In this document: in pieces, positions 1 through 8,414 of the stretch
How positions within the stretch are numbered: position 1 is the first letter of the stretch
How the letters are laid out: each line of letters starts with the position of its first letter
Source: Candidatus Latescibacterota bacterium
GTDB lineage: Bacteria; Latescibacterota; UBA2968; UBA8231
Assembly (NCBI GenBank): GCA_965242865.1
Contig: CBDETK010000013.1
Location: forward strand, 1,120,001 to 1,184,000
DNA: 64,000 bases
Direction: 5' to 3'
Made by a program: the position numbers and the translations under genes
The notes under the pieces: generated by a model
Told to the model about the DNA's origin: nothing
What the model saw: the letters and a program-made list of their open reading frames with translations, nothing else
Database searches by the model: none

Positions 1-44
1 AAAGACTCAATTTGCTTGTCCCTCAATTCCTCAACAGTCGTCAT
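1..44 (-). CDS. 5' end of a gene running off the window (MTTVEELRDKQIES...)
   Basis: ATG at 44 with GAGGTG RBS-like sequence upstream; frame open to the window edge. Confidence 0.4.
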   Translation of the reverse strand, partial: MTTVEELRDKQIES

Positions 45-69
45 GGTATCCACCTCGTCCTTTCACGGT

Positions 70-172
70 TAAGTACGCGACACTCACTTTCTGCGGTTCC
101 CGCTACATCCGGGATCGAGGGCGTCCCGCCCTCGATCCTTAGGACAACGCGGGCTAGCGTCGCGTAGCAAAT
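70..172. mobile_element. MITE-like palindromic element, copy 1
   Basis: TACGCGAC...GTCGCGTA terminal inverted repeats, central hairpin GGATCGAGGGCG-TCC-CGCCCTCGATCC, flanked by 9-bp direct repeat TTTCACGGT (61-69 and 173-181); homologous copy at 34020-34110. Confidence 0.7.
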
Positions 173-174
173 TT

Positions 175-1239
175 TCACGGTATGAAGCTGGTCTCTTCAT
201 CGACAGCCAGCGCGAATTCCGCCAACAACTGGGCAGTGTGGTCCAAGTCGGCCCAAGACGCGATCTCGACCGGCGTGTGCATATAGCGCTGCGGCACGCT
301 GACCAAGCCGGTGGCCACCCCGGCCCGACTGAGCTGGATGGCGTTGGCGTCCGTGCCCGTGCCGCCGGGGTCGGCTTGGATCTGATGGGGAATTTTCTTC
401 TTTGTCGCCACCTGCACCAGCCGCTCGGACACGACCGGGTTGGCGTTGGCCCCGCGCAAAATGACCGGCCCCCCGCCCAGCTTGCACTCCCCAACTTGGC
501 GCTTATCCATATCGGGATGATCCGTGGCCCACGTGACATCCACGGCAATGCCCACCAGCGGATCGATTCCGTAGGTGCTGGTCTTGGCCCCGCGGATTCC
601 CACTTCCTCCTGCGCGGTGGCCACGGCATACACAGCGGCTCGACACGTGCGCTTGGCGCGGCGCACCCGCCGGAGCGCCTCGGCGACCACCCAAGCCCCG
701 GCCTTATTGTCAATCCCCCGCGACACCACCAGCCCGTTGCGGAGCTCCTCAAAGTTGGCGTCGTAGGTCGCCGGGTCGCCAACGGCCACGAGTTGCCGCG
801 CCTCGGCCGCGCTGGCCGCGCCAATGTCGATCCACAAGTCGTGTTTGTCCGGTACTTTGGTCCGGTCGGCTTGCTTCATCAGGTGAATGGGCTTTTTGCC
901 CAACACGCCCAAGACCGGGCCTTGCGCGGTGTGGATATGCACCTTGCGGCCGGGCACGAGCTGCAAGTCAAAACCGCCGATGGTGTCAAAGTAGAGATAG
1001 CCTTGGTCGTCGATGTAAATGATCTGAAAGCCCAGCTCGTCGGCGTGCCCGGCGAACATGATTCTGGGACGACCGGCCTCGTTGTAGCAGCCGATGGTAT
1101 TGCCGTGGACATCGACCTCGACTCGGTCGGCGTACTGTTCAACCTCGGCTTTCCACACCGCCCGCACCGGTCCTTCGTAGCCCGAAGGCCCAGGGGCCTT
1201 GAGCAGATCAACGAGAAACCGCTTAGATGCTGAACGCAT
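175..1239 (-). CDS. M42 family metallo-aminopeptidase
   Basis: GPSGYE, AGHADELG, GIDNKAG, QEEVG, GGTGTDA, RYMHTPVE motifs. Confidence 0.93.
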   Translation of the reverse strand: MRSASKRFLVDLLKAPGPSGYEGPVRAVWKAEVEQYADRVEVDVHGNTIGCYNEAGRPRIMFAGHADELGFQIIYIDDQGYLYFDTIGGFDLQLVPGRKVHIHTAQGPVLGVLGKKPIHLMKQADRTKVPDKHDLWIDIGAASAAEARQLVAVGDPATYDANFEELRNGLVVSRGIDNKAGAWVVAEALRRVRRAKRTCRAAVYAVATAQEEVGIRGAKTSTYGIDPLVGIAVDVTWATDHPDMDKRQVGECKLGGGPVILRGANANPVVSERLVQVATKKKIPHQIQADPGGTGTDANAIQLSRAGVATGLVSVPQRYMHTPVEIASWADLDHTAQLLAEFALAVDEETSFIP

Positions 1240-1261
1240 AAATCTCCTTTAGCTATTCGGT

Positions 1262-1385
1262 TCGTTGGGCGCACCCCCCGTTGGGCGCACCAATAAACCC
1301 CTCCGCCGCCGCTTCCGCTATTGGGCGCGTCCCCCGTTGGGTGCGCCCCCCGTTGGGTGCGCCCCCTGTGGCGCACCAATACCCC
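1262..1385. repeat. Cluster of degenerate ~16-bp REP-like repeats (CGTTGGGYGCRCCCCC)
   Basis: About five imperfect copies in the intergenic region. Confidence 0.65.
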
Positions 1386-1396
1386 CTCCTCTACGA

Positions 1397-2869
1397 CTAC
1401 GACGCACGATGCGATGATATAGAGGAAGGCAGTTTACAAAAAGTGCCGACAGCGCAGACCGCCGCGTTGACGCCCAATCCAACGACCCCGGCGTGAAAGC
1501 CCCACACCATCGGTTTTCCCCCCAAGGTCAACCCCAGCGCCACCGCCAGCCCGCAGACCATGCCGACCAGCGCGGTCCGCGCCGCAAGCCGCTTCCAGTA
1601 CAAGCCCAAAAAGAAGCACGGCACCACTTGGATCAAAACCTCGAACTTGAGCTCCAGCAGCCGCACCAACGTCGCCTCAGTGCCAATAGCCACTGCGACC
1701 AGCAACGCGACGATAGCCCACGAGCAGAGCTTGCCCACCTTCGTCAACTCGGCTTCGGTCGCCTGCGGCCGGAAATACGGCAGGTACATGTCCTTGGTGA
1801 ACATCGACGAAATCGACAGCAAGGCCGAGTCGGCCGTGGACATCAGCGCGGCCAGCACCGCGGCAAAGATCGCCACCACCAGCCAGTAGCCCAGCGCGGA
1901 TTCGCCCATCACCAGCGCACAGAGCCGGGCCAGGGCTTGTTCGCTTTCGGCTTTGCTCAGGTCGGGCAACACCACCGCGGCCGTCAAGCCGCAGACGAGG
2001 ACCACCAAGGTCGTGGTAAGCGGCATAAAGGCCATCAGGGTCAGCGACCGCTTGAGCACCGCGACCGAGCGGCTGGCGTAGAGCCGCTGGATCGCTTGCG
2101 GGTAAATGGCCGCCCCGCATCCCAAAAGCAGGGCGTAGCTGATCCACTTGTTGGCCCCCTCCCAGTTCGGCACTTGGACCTTGGGCGGATCCATTTCGCT
2201 CAGTTGGGCCACGACCTGCCCCAAGCCCCCTCCTAACTTCTGCGGGATGAGGAAGGCCAAGATGCCAAAGCCCAACAACAGCACCCCCCCCTGCATGACA
2301 TCCGTCCACGCCACCGAGCGCATCCCCCCCAAGGTCTCATAGACGACCATGATCACCGCCAAGCCGATAATGCCGTAGCTGCCCGGGATCGCGCCATCGG
2401 TGATCCCCTCGACGGCCGCGCCCATCGCCTTGAGCTGGGCCAGCGCGTAATTGCCCAGCGCGTAGATCATCAAGACCGTGCTCAACAGCGTCAGCGCCGA
2501 CGAGCGGAAGCGGTGCGTAATGTAGTCGCCCGGGGTGATAAACCCCTCTCGACGCGCCAGCGCGACCAAGCGCGGGGCAAAGAGCATGTAGCCGACGATG
2601 ACCGAGAACATAAAGAGCACCGACGCCGTCCACTCAAAGCCGATGCGGTAAGTCTTGCCGGTGTAGCCAAAGAGCGTATTGCCGCTGTACTGGGTTGCAT
2701 ACAGCGTCAAAAAGAGCACCAGCAGGCCCATCGAGCGCCCGGCCAGATAGAAATCGGCCATGCTGTTGGAGCGGCGGCGCGTGCGCGCAATCCACCCCAC
2801 CCCGATCATCGAGATTAGGTACAGCCCCACGGCGATGAGGGCGCCCGGACCAAACACCATGCCGCCCAT
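1397..2869 (-). CDS. Sodium:solute symporter (SSS, PanF/PutP-like)
   Basis: DFYLAGRS, GGMRSVAWTDVMQG, AALMSTADS motifs; many TM helices. Confidence 0.92.
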   Translation of the reverse strand: MGGMVFGPGALIAVGLYLISMIGVGWIARTRRRSNSMADFYLAGRSMGLLVLFLTLYATQYSGNTLFGYTGKTYRIGFEWTASVLFMFSVIVGYMLFAPRLVALARREGFITPGDYITHRFRSSALTLLSTVLMIYALGNYALAQLKAMGAAVEGITDGAIPGSYGIIGLAVIMVVYETLGGMRSVAWTDVMQGGVLLLGFGILAFLIPQKLGGGLGQVVAQLSEMDPPKVQVPNWEGANKWISYALLLGCGAAIYPQAIQRLYASRSVAVLKRSLTLMAFMPLTTTLVVLVCGLTAAVVLPDLSKAESEQALARLCALVMGESALGYWLVVAIFAAVLAALMSTADSALLSISSMFTKDMYLPYFRPQATEAELTKVGKLCSWAIVALLVAVAIGTEATLVRLLELKFEVLIQVVPCFFLGLYWKRLAARTALVGMVCGLAVALGLTLGGKPMVWGFHAGVVGLGVNAAVCAVGTFCKLPSSISSHRAS

Positions 2870-3108
2870 CAGTCTTGCTCCTCTGCATCAATCCAGTAGC
2901 GCTGAATCACCCAGCCCGTCCAAGCGGCCAACAGCAGCACCGCCCCCAGCGACACGGCCACCCATAGCGGAAAGCCCAGCACCAGCGGCCCCCGATACCC
3001 TTCGGGCCAGTACCAAGGCACGGCCAGCGCGTAGAGCAGCAAATAGACGATCCAGACGTAGCCGACCTTGCGCGGCTCCGAAACGAGTTGTTCGTGTGAG
3101 TCATTCAT
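2869..3108 (-). CDS. Small membrane protein accompanying SSS transporter (DUF3311/DUF997-like)
   Basis: Two hydrophobic segments, VPWYWP...VLGFPLW; translationally coupled to the symporter. Confidence 0.75.
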   Translation of the reverse strand: MNDSHEQLVSEPRKVGYVWIVYLLLYALAVPWYWPEGYRGPLVLGFPLWVAVSLGAVLLLAAWTGWVIQRYWIDAEEQD

Positions 3109-3118
3109 ACCGAGCAAA

Positions 3119-4330
3119 TCAAAGCGCAGACACCGGAATTGACAAGGCCGCTTCCGCCAGCGGCAGCGATTGTTCGGCCAAACAGACCACGCCGCCGCTC
3201 CCTACAGGCCGGTTTAATTTTTTCAATGCTTGGAAGTGCCGGACGTGGTTTTTAGTGGGCGAAGCGGTCTTTTTGAACTCCAGCGGATAGATCGCGCCAT
3301 CCTGCAGCACGAGCAGATCAATTTCTTTGCCATCTCGATCCCGATAATAATAGAATGGGGCTAGACGCCCGTTGTGCCAGTAACTCTTCAGCAGTTCGCT
3401 CACGATCCAAGACTCCAAGATGGGGCCGGACATGGCCCCGGCTTCGAGCGTCTCCGGGCTAGCCCACTCGGTCAGGTAGGCGCACAGCCCGGTATCGACA
3501 AAATAGAGCTTGGGGCTTTTCACCAGCCGCTTGGTGAGGTTGGTGTAATACGGCTCCAAGAGATAGACCATTCCAGCAGTCTGTAAGATCGACAGCCATG
3601 TTTTCGCGGTATTGGGCGCGACATCCGCATCGCGCGCCAAGTCCGAAAAGTTGACTATTTGTCCGGTTCGGGCCGCCGCGGCCCTCAGAAAGCGAAGAAA
3701 GGCCAGCTCATCGCCGACTCGGGCGAGGTCGCGAATATCGCGCTGGAGGTACGTTTGCAAGTACGCGCTGTAAAAAAGGCCCCAATCCATTTGCTCGTCC
3801 AGCGCAATGGCGGGGAAATCGCCGCGCCATATAATCCGGTAGAGTTCCTTTAAGCCGAGCGAGCCGCCCGTGCGGACCCTATCGCCCACAGCGTCCGGGA
3901 TCGGCAAAAACGGCCCATCCGCCCGCCCTAGCCGCTCGCGCCGCGAAAGCCCCAAAAGCTGCACAATGCCCACTCGCCCGGCCAAGGATTCGGACGCGCC
4001 TTGCATCAAGTGAAAGTGCTGCGAACCTGTGAGCCAAAACTGACCAGGCGTCCGCTCTCGATCTACGGCCATTTTGATATAGGGCAAAAGCTGCGGCGCG
4101 TATTGGATTTCGTCGATGAGCACCGGCGGCGCGAACCGCTGCATGAACAGGGCGGGGTCTTCGCGGGCCAAGCTCTGGACTAGGGGATCGTCTAAGGTGA
4201 CGTAGGTGCGGTCTGATTGGCTTGCGTGTTTCAACAGGGTCGTCTTGCCGACCTGTCTGGCCCCGCAGACCATGAGAACGGGGAATCGGCAAGACGCAAC
4301 AAAGGCTTCGAGCGTTCGGGAGACGTACAT
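3119..4330 (-). CDS. AAA_14 ATPase with DUF4143 domain
   Basis: GARQVGKT Walker A, LIDEIQ, LTGS, ESLAGR, KSPKLYFVDTGL, EIDL...EFK. Confidence 0.92.
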   Translation of the reverse strand: MYVSRTLEAFVASCRFPVLMVCGARQVGKTTLLKHASQSDRTYVTLDDPLVQSLAREDPALFMQRFAPPVLIDEIQYAPQLLPYIKMAVDRERTPGQFWLTGSQHFHLMQGASESLAGRVGIVQLLGLSRRERLGRADGPFLPIPDAVGDRVRTGGSLGLKELYRIIWRGDFPAIALDEQMDWGLFYSAYLQTYLQRDIRDLARVGDELAFLRFLRAAAARTGQIVNFSDLARDADVAPNTAKTWLSILQTAGMVYLLEPYYTNLTKRLVKSPKLYFVDTGLCAYLTEWASPETLEAGAMSGPILESWIVSELLKSYWHNGRLAPFYYYRDRDGKEIDLLVLQDGAIYPLEFKKTASPTKNHVRHFQALKKLNRPVGSGGVVCLAEQSLPLAEAALSIPVSAL

Positions 4331-4341
4331 GCTGACCTCAA

Positions 4342-4394
4342 ATCGGCTGATTTGCAGTGAGATTGCAAATTAGCCGATATGCAGGTGCTGTCAA
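4342..4394 (-). promoter_or_regulatory. Sigma70-like promoter overlapped by a 15-bp-arm palindrome (candidate operator)
   Basis: ATCGGCTGATTTGCA-N7-TGCAAATTAGCCGAT (1 mismatch) at 4342-4378; TTGACA on the minus strand at 4394-4389 followed 16 nt later by TAATTT. Confidence 0.55.
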
Positions 4395-4448
4395 GGAGAG
4401 GCTGTCGTACCCTTTAGAATATGTCGGCCAGCTTTAACGCGAAGCCCT

Positions 4449-4565
4449 TTATCCGGTGCCTGAAATTTTCAAGTTGTTCGGCCCGGCAATGACGAGGTGA
4501 TCTGGAAGTTCAAATTCTAAGTACTCGAATTTCTTAAAATTTTTGATAACCACTTTGTTAATCAT
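4449..4565 (-). pseudogene. Truncated N-terminus of an ABC/SMC-type ATPase (38 aa)
   Basis: MINKVVIKNFKKFEYLEFELPDHLVIAGPNN then unrelated LKISGTG-stop; breaks inside the Walker A motif; ATG overlaps the end of the upstream gene. Confidence 0.7.
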
Positions 4566-4920
4566 GCCGATTCTCCTTTGGAACAAAAAAGGGAGGGCTT
4601 TCGCTCCAGACGATGCGCCCTTTTCGCAGCCAATAGTGGCAGCGGCAGGGCAAGCCGGTTACGTGGACTGAGGGTGACAGTGAAATCTGTCCGTCCACAT
4701 GTTCCGTTATGCTCCACCGTTTGTCAACTTGAGGCGACACATCCAAGTGAACAACTTGTCGGCATGTCCTGCGAGGGCAGACAATAGCTGCATAAAACGG
4801 GTGTTTGCGTCCGCCAATGATGTACACCGTATTTTTGTGGAGATCGTCCGGCAAATCCTCTACCCACTCCGTGCGGTAAGGACGGAAACGCGCCCATATA
4901 TTGAAAATCCACCTAAACAT
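4558..4920 (-). CDS. DUF6527-like putative zinc-binding protein
   Basis: VEDLPD...CPxxxC...SLSPSV...CRCHYWLRKGRIVW pattern; coupled to the E1 gene. Confidence 0.8.
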   Translation of the reverse strand: MFRWIFNIWARFRPYRTEWVEDLPDDLHKNTVYIIGGRKHPFYAAIVCPRRTCRQVVHLDVSPQVDKRWSITEHVDGQISLSPSVHVTGLPCRCHYWLRKGRIVWSESPPFFVPKENRHD

Positions 4921-6307
4921 GGCTAGTGTTATTTTTCACGAGTAAGCTCCTGTCGCCTGTTCCCATGTATCGTACCATCAATGGATGTGGCCCTCCCTCG
5001 TCCGCGGCGTTTTCATAGCATCCATGCACTAGGCGAAATCGTTGAGTCGCAAATTCGGCATTGGCGTCAAAGCGATAGGCATGAATGCGGGCCATGAAAT
5101 CGTTAAACGCCATACACGCCGCCTGCATGTTGACAGACATAACCGCCGGTTGTTCCTCGCCGACAGCGGCTAAATAGCCGGCCACGCGCTGTTGTTGGTA
5201 GTACGCCGGGTCCTTTCGCTGCCAATTTTCGGCCGTCACCTGTTCCATAGTGTACGCGCCGCGCGATAGCAGGCTTTCACCTTCTGGGTGAATGTAATGC
5301 GATACGGCATCGGCGGCGGTGATACCACCTTTCCCGTCGGCCTCAAGGTGGACTCCTACGTCAAAATAGGGAATCAGATAAGCACTTGCTAGGCAATCGA
5401 GATGATACCGGCCAAAGGCGGAATCCACGCAGCCGAAGATCACATCGCAATCGACTAAAGCGGCGACGACATCCGGTGAATCCGTCAATCCTTGGTGAGC
5501 ATCTACTTTGGTTCCCAGGCCGATCTTCTGAATAGCTCGTTCAATCGCCAGCACCTTTGGCTGCTGTGTGCGGGCGTCATCTATAGTACTGTTGATGAGG
5601 CGGTTCAGGTTTTTCTCTTCTACTATATCATCGTCCACAATGACCAACTCGCTCACGCAATTACGCATGAGTAGTTCAATGATTACGCTTCCTGTGCCAG
5701 AACAGCCCACAACCCCCACTCGCATAGTGTGCAATAAATCCAACGTGCCCTTGCCGAAGGTTTGCGCTAGCTTTTCTTGGTACGCCGTTTGGCTTCGGGA
5801 TTTGTGGGCCTTCCAGATGTGGATATTATCGCCGACTGCGGAGACCGTTGGCATATCGGCGAACGTTCCATGTGCGTCCACCGTGCGGGCCGCGATCTGG
5901 CCATTCGACAACATAATGGCGGAGCCATTTGGCCGCCCGTCGTCAAACCAATTGCATACAGAAGAAAACAATTCCCGGTCGTTGCGGTCGTCAATTTTTG
6001 AAAACCGGCCACATCCTTTGGGATGGGAATGAATAGTGACTACAGACTGTCCATTCCGATCTATATCGCAGATTTTTTCTGGCGGCAGGCAGTCGCCAAA
6101 AGGCCAAGCGACAAAATCCTCTTTTCTGACCGACAGATGATGTGGCGGATACAAAACATCCGCAACGATGAGGCGGCGATGTCTCTTCCCTGTCCCTTGG
6201 TTGCACAACAAAATGGCGGCGGCCTCCAGCCCGTCTCCGGGGAAAAGGTGGTTTTTAACCGCCTCATATTGACTCGCGGTCATGGTCAGGATAGCGGTTG
6301 TCATCAC
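4913..6307 (-). CDS. JAB peptidase-ThiF/E1 fusion
   Basis: N-terminal EAAA...HSHP...FSKIDD JAB motif; C-terminal VGVVGCSGTGS, DDDIVEEKNLNR, FGCVDS ThiF motifs. Confidence 0.88.
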   Translation of the reverse strand: MMTTAILTMTASQYEAVKNHLFPGDGLEAAAILLCNQGTGKRHRRLIVADVLYPPHHLSVRKEDFVAWPFGDCLPPEKICDIDRNGQSVVTIHSHPKGCGRFSKIDDRNDRELFSSVCNWFDDGRPNGSAIMLSNGQIAARTVDAHGTFADMPTVSAVGDNIHIWKAHKSRSQTAYQEKLAQTFGKGTLDLLHTMRVGVVGCSGTGSVIIELLMRNCVSELVIVDDDIVEEKNLNRLINSTIDDARTQQPKVLAIERAIQKIGLGTKVDAHQGLTDSPDVVAALVDCDVIFGCVDSAFGRYHLDCLASAYLIPYFDVGVHLEADGKGGITAADAVSHYIHPEGESLLSRGAYTMEQVTAENWQRKDPAYYQQQRVAGYLAAVGEEQPAVMSVNMQAACMAFNDFMARIHAYRFDANAEFATQRFRLVHGCYENAADEGGPHPLMVRYMGTGDRSLLVKNNTSHV

Positions 6308-6690
6308 CCGACTTCGGCTTTTAGCTGATTTTCTACATACTCAATATGACTGACGATGGAATCGACCCCCGGCTGCCATGAGTAATGACGCGACCAACGC
6401 TGCCAAGTCTGACCAAAATGAATCTCAGAGGCCAGAGCACCTATTGCTGAACTATCTGATTTATCAAGCGGAGGATAAAAGTAAAACATGTCCAACATCG
6501 ATCCGGGATAGCCGCTTGGAATGAGCACCATTAGCGTGGATTTTTCTACCGCATAGCCTTTGGGAATGGGAAAGTCGTCAATGAGTAGGCCATACTTACC
6601 ATTACCCTCGGCGACCTTCTTCCATTTGGACGGATAACTCGCATCCAGATATTCGTTATCCTCCGGCGGCAACTCGTAGGGATTAACCAT
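6304..6690 (-). CDS. Prokaryotic E2/UBC-like protein (family E-like), cysteine-free
   Basis: IPKGY...LIPSGYP...LDMFYFYP...WQRWSRH...W.PGVD; start at ATG 6690 overlapping the Ubl stop. Confidence 0.82.
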   Translation of the reverse strand: MVNPYELPPEDNEYLDASYPSKWKKVAEGNGKYGLLIDDFPIPKGYAVEKSTLMVLIPSGYPGSMLDMFYFYPPLDKSDSSAIGALASEIHFGQTWQRWSRHYSWQPGVDSIVSHIEYVENQLKAEVG

Positions 6691-7408
6691 GGCCTTGCTG
6701 TGCCTGTCGCCGAACGGTCTCAAAGCGTTCAATGCCGGGACGGGATAAATCGACCGCATCGTTGGCCTTGATTCTTTCTCTTTTACCGCCGTGCAGCTTC
6801 TGGTTGAGCGACCATTCGTCATCGCGCTTGTCGGCCAGTACCAAAATACCGGCCCCGGTGATTTCTGCAGAATCCACGGTGTACTTGTCGCCGTCTATGC
6901 GGATGCGGTATTGGTGCCCTTTGGGTGGGCGGCGGTCGTTCTTGCCGCACTCCTCAAGGTCAATGGCGTCGTCCGAGGTGGGCGGGATGACGAAAAACGA
7001 GTCCGCATCTTGGACGACAATCGTCATGTCATCCGCAATTTCCACATCCACACCGCCTTCAATGTCGGCAAATAGACGCCCCTGCGGGAACTTGTCGTCC
7101 CGCTCTTTGAGGGCTTTGCCGGTAGTTTTTGCTTGTGGAAGGGCGAGGTTGCGCGATCCATTGAATTCTGGCCGCACTTCATTGCGCAACGGCGGGTTAT
7201 CCCCGATCGAGCTTTTCCCCACTACAAACCGTTCTCCACCGCGAATAATGAGATGCTCCCCTGCCAAGAGAGGAATATCTATGCCATCTTCGCGGCTCAG
7301 AAAAATTCGTCCCTCGCCGCAATCGGCGATTTCATAGAGCGCGTCAATGGAAACAAGCCCCGCACGGATTGGGGTTTCCTGCCCGTCAATTTGGATTGTT
7401 GGTTTCAC
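6683..7408 (-). CDS. Multi-ubiquitin domain protein (about three beta-grasp repeats)
   Basis: Repeated I.IDG...ITG..I...VDL..PGIERF units; C-terminus QAQQG-HG; GTG start with GGAGG RBS. Confidence 0.85.
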   Translation of the reverse strand: MKPTIQIDGQETPIRAGLVSIDALYEIADCGEGRIFLSREDGIDIPLLAGEHLIIRGGERFVVGKSSIGDNPPLRNEVRPEFNGSRNLALPQAKTTGKALKERDDKFPQGRLFADIEGGVDVEIADDMTIVVQDADSFFVIPPTSDDAIDLEECGKNDRRPPKGHQYRIRIDGDKYTVDSAEITGAGILVLADKRDDEWSLNQKLHGGKRERIKANDAVDLSRPGIERFETVRRQAQQGHG

Positions 7409-7438
7409 GTTGATTTCCTCCGGTGTTGTGTTTAATGG

Positions 7439-7463
7439 GTCTCTTGTCTAGTGTACAAGAGAC
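7439..7463. promoter_or_regulatory. Perfect inverted repeat, candidate operator between the divergent Ubl operon and the higA-like gene
   Basis: GTCTCTTGT-N7-ACAAGAGAC. Confidence 0.55.
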
Positions 7464-7561
7464 GCCCGCAAGCGCAAGAGGCCATTTGCGATCCAAGTGG
7501 AACGGCAGCGGCGCGAGGAGAGACGCTCGCAGACCCAACTCGCTATAGCAAGGAGTACCCC

Positions 7562-7951
7562 ATGGCTGAAGTACTCGATTTTACCAAACCTCATTTGCTG
7601 AGAAACGAAGAAGAATACGATATCGCTGTCGCCGAGATCGATGCCCTTCTCGACGCCGAGCCGCAGCCTGGGTCGGAAGAATATGAGCGGCTGGAGTTTT
7701 TATCGGTTCTAGTGGAGGCTTACGAAGACGCGCATCTTCCGGCCTACGCAGAGGCCACGCCCCAAGAAGTGGTCGATTTTATGCTGGAGCAGAAGGGTTT
7801 TTCTCGGGACGATCTGGCGCAGTGGCTGGGCAGTAGAATCCGAACAGCGGAATTTTTCAATGGCATCCGTCCGCTCTCTATCCGGCAGATTAGCACATTG
7901 AGAGCACATCTAGGCATTCCAGCGGACTTACTGGTGGACCTTTCCTCATAG
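7562..7951 (+). CDS. HigA-like antitoxin / HTH regulator (orphan)
   Basis: RNEEEYD.A...LE.L..LVEAYE...FMLEQKG...DLA..LGS.....E..NG.R.LS...LGIPADLL; AAGGAG RBS before ATG 7562. Confidence 0.82.
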   Translation: MAEVLDFTKPHLLRNEEEYDIAVAEIDALLDAEPQPGSEEYERLEFLSVLVEAYEDAHLPAYAEATPQEVVDFMLEQKGFSRDDLAQWLGSRIRTAEFFNGIRPLSIRQISTLRAHLGIPADLLVDLSS

Positions 7952-8035
7952 TTATTCCACGGCATCGGAGCACACAAGCGTCCCTCAACAATCTAAAGCA
8001 CCTCTGACCAGTCTCATTGAAACAAGCGGAGCTAG

Positions 8036-8269
8036 ATGATGACCGAAACGAATCCAACTCAAGAACGGCCTTACCCCTTAGACCACGAGGGACGTATTGC
8101 TCGCCTAGAGGGAGTGGTCGAACAAATCGGCGTCCGGTTAGGGCGGCTGGAAACGAAGATTGACGCGGTGGAGGCCAAAATCGACGGGCTGTACCGTTGG
8201 GTAGTGCCGTTGCAGATTACGACGATCTTGGCTATCGCAGGGCTTGCGTTTAAGGCATTCGGCGGCTAG
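8036..8269 (+). CDS. Small coiled-coil protein with C-terminal TM helix
   Basis: Heptad RIARLEG...RLETKIDAVEAKID followed by a hydrophobic tail; GGAG RBS. Confidence 0.7.
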   Translation: MMTETNPTQERPYPLDHEGRIARLEGVVEQIGVRLGRLETKIDAVEAKIDGLYRWVVPLQITTILAIAGLAFKAFGG

Positions 8270-8287
8270 TACGTTCTTTCAAGCGGG

Positions 8288-8410
8288 GAGCAGAGCATCG
8301 AGTACGGCGCGGGCCTGTGTGCCGTAGCGGGTGAATAGGTCCCGCTTCTTCACGTTCTCAGCCCGCTCGCGCCGAGTGAGCGGGGCTGGCCATAGACCAC
8401 GTAGCAGATC
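8288..8410 (-). pseudogene. Degenerate ~123-bp copy of the hsdR 3' region
   Basis: Aligns by eye with 20083-20206, with scattered substitutions and a 1-nt deletion. Confidence 0.85.
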
Positions 8411-8414
8411 CCAA

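Noticed and set aside
1262-1385. Possible CRISPR or iteron array
   Set aside because: Units are short, degenerate and abutting, with no unique spacers or rep gene
4913-6307. ThiF/MoeB cofactor-biosynthesis gene or CBASS Cap2/Cap3
   Set aside because: Context is multi-Ubl and E2 with no thi/moa genes and no CD-NTase in the window
7409-7561. A third copy of the CTTTCCG-N17-CGATTA promoter for the leftward Ubl operon, or a higB toxin gene
   Set aside because: Neither the motif's reverse complement nor a toxin-like ORF is visible
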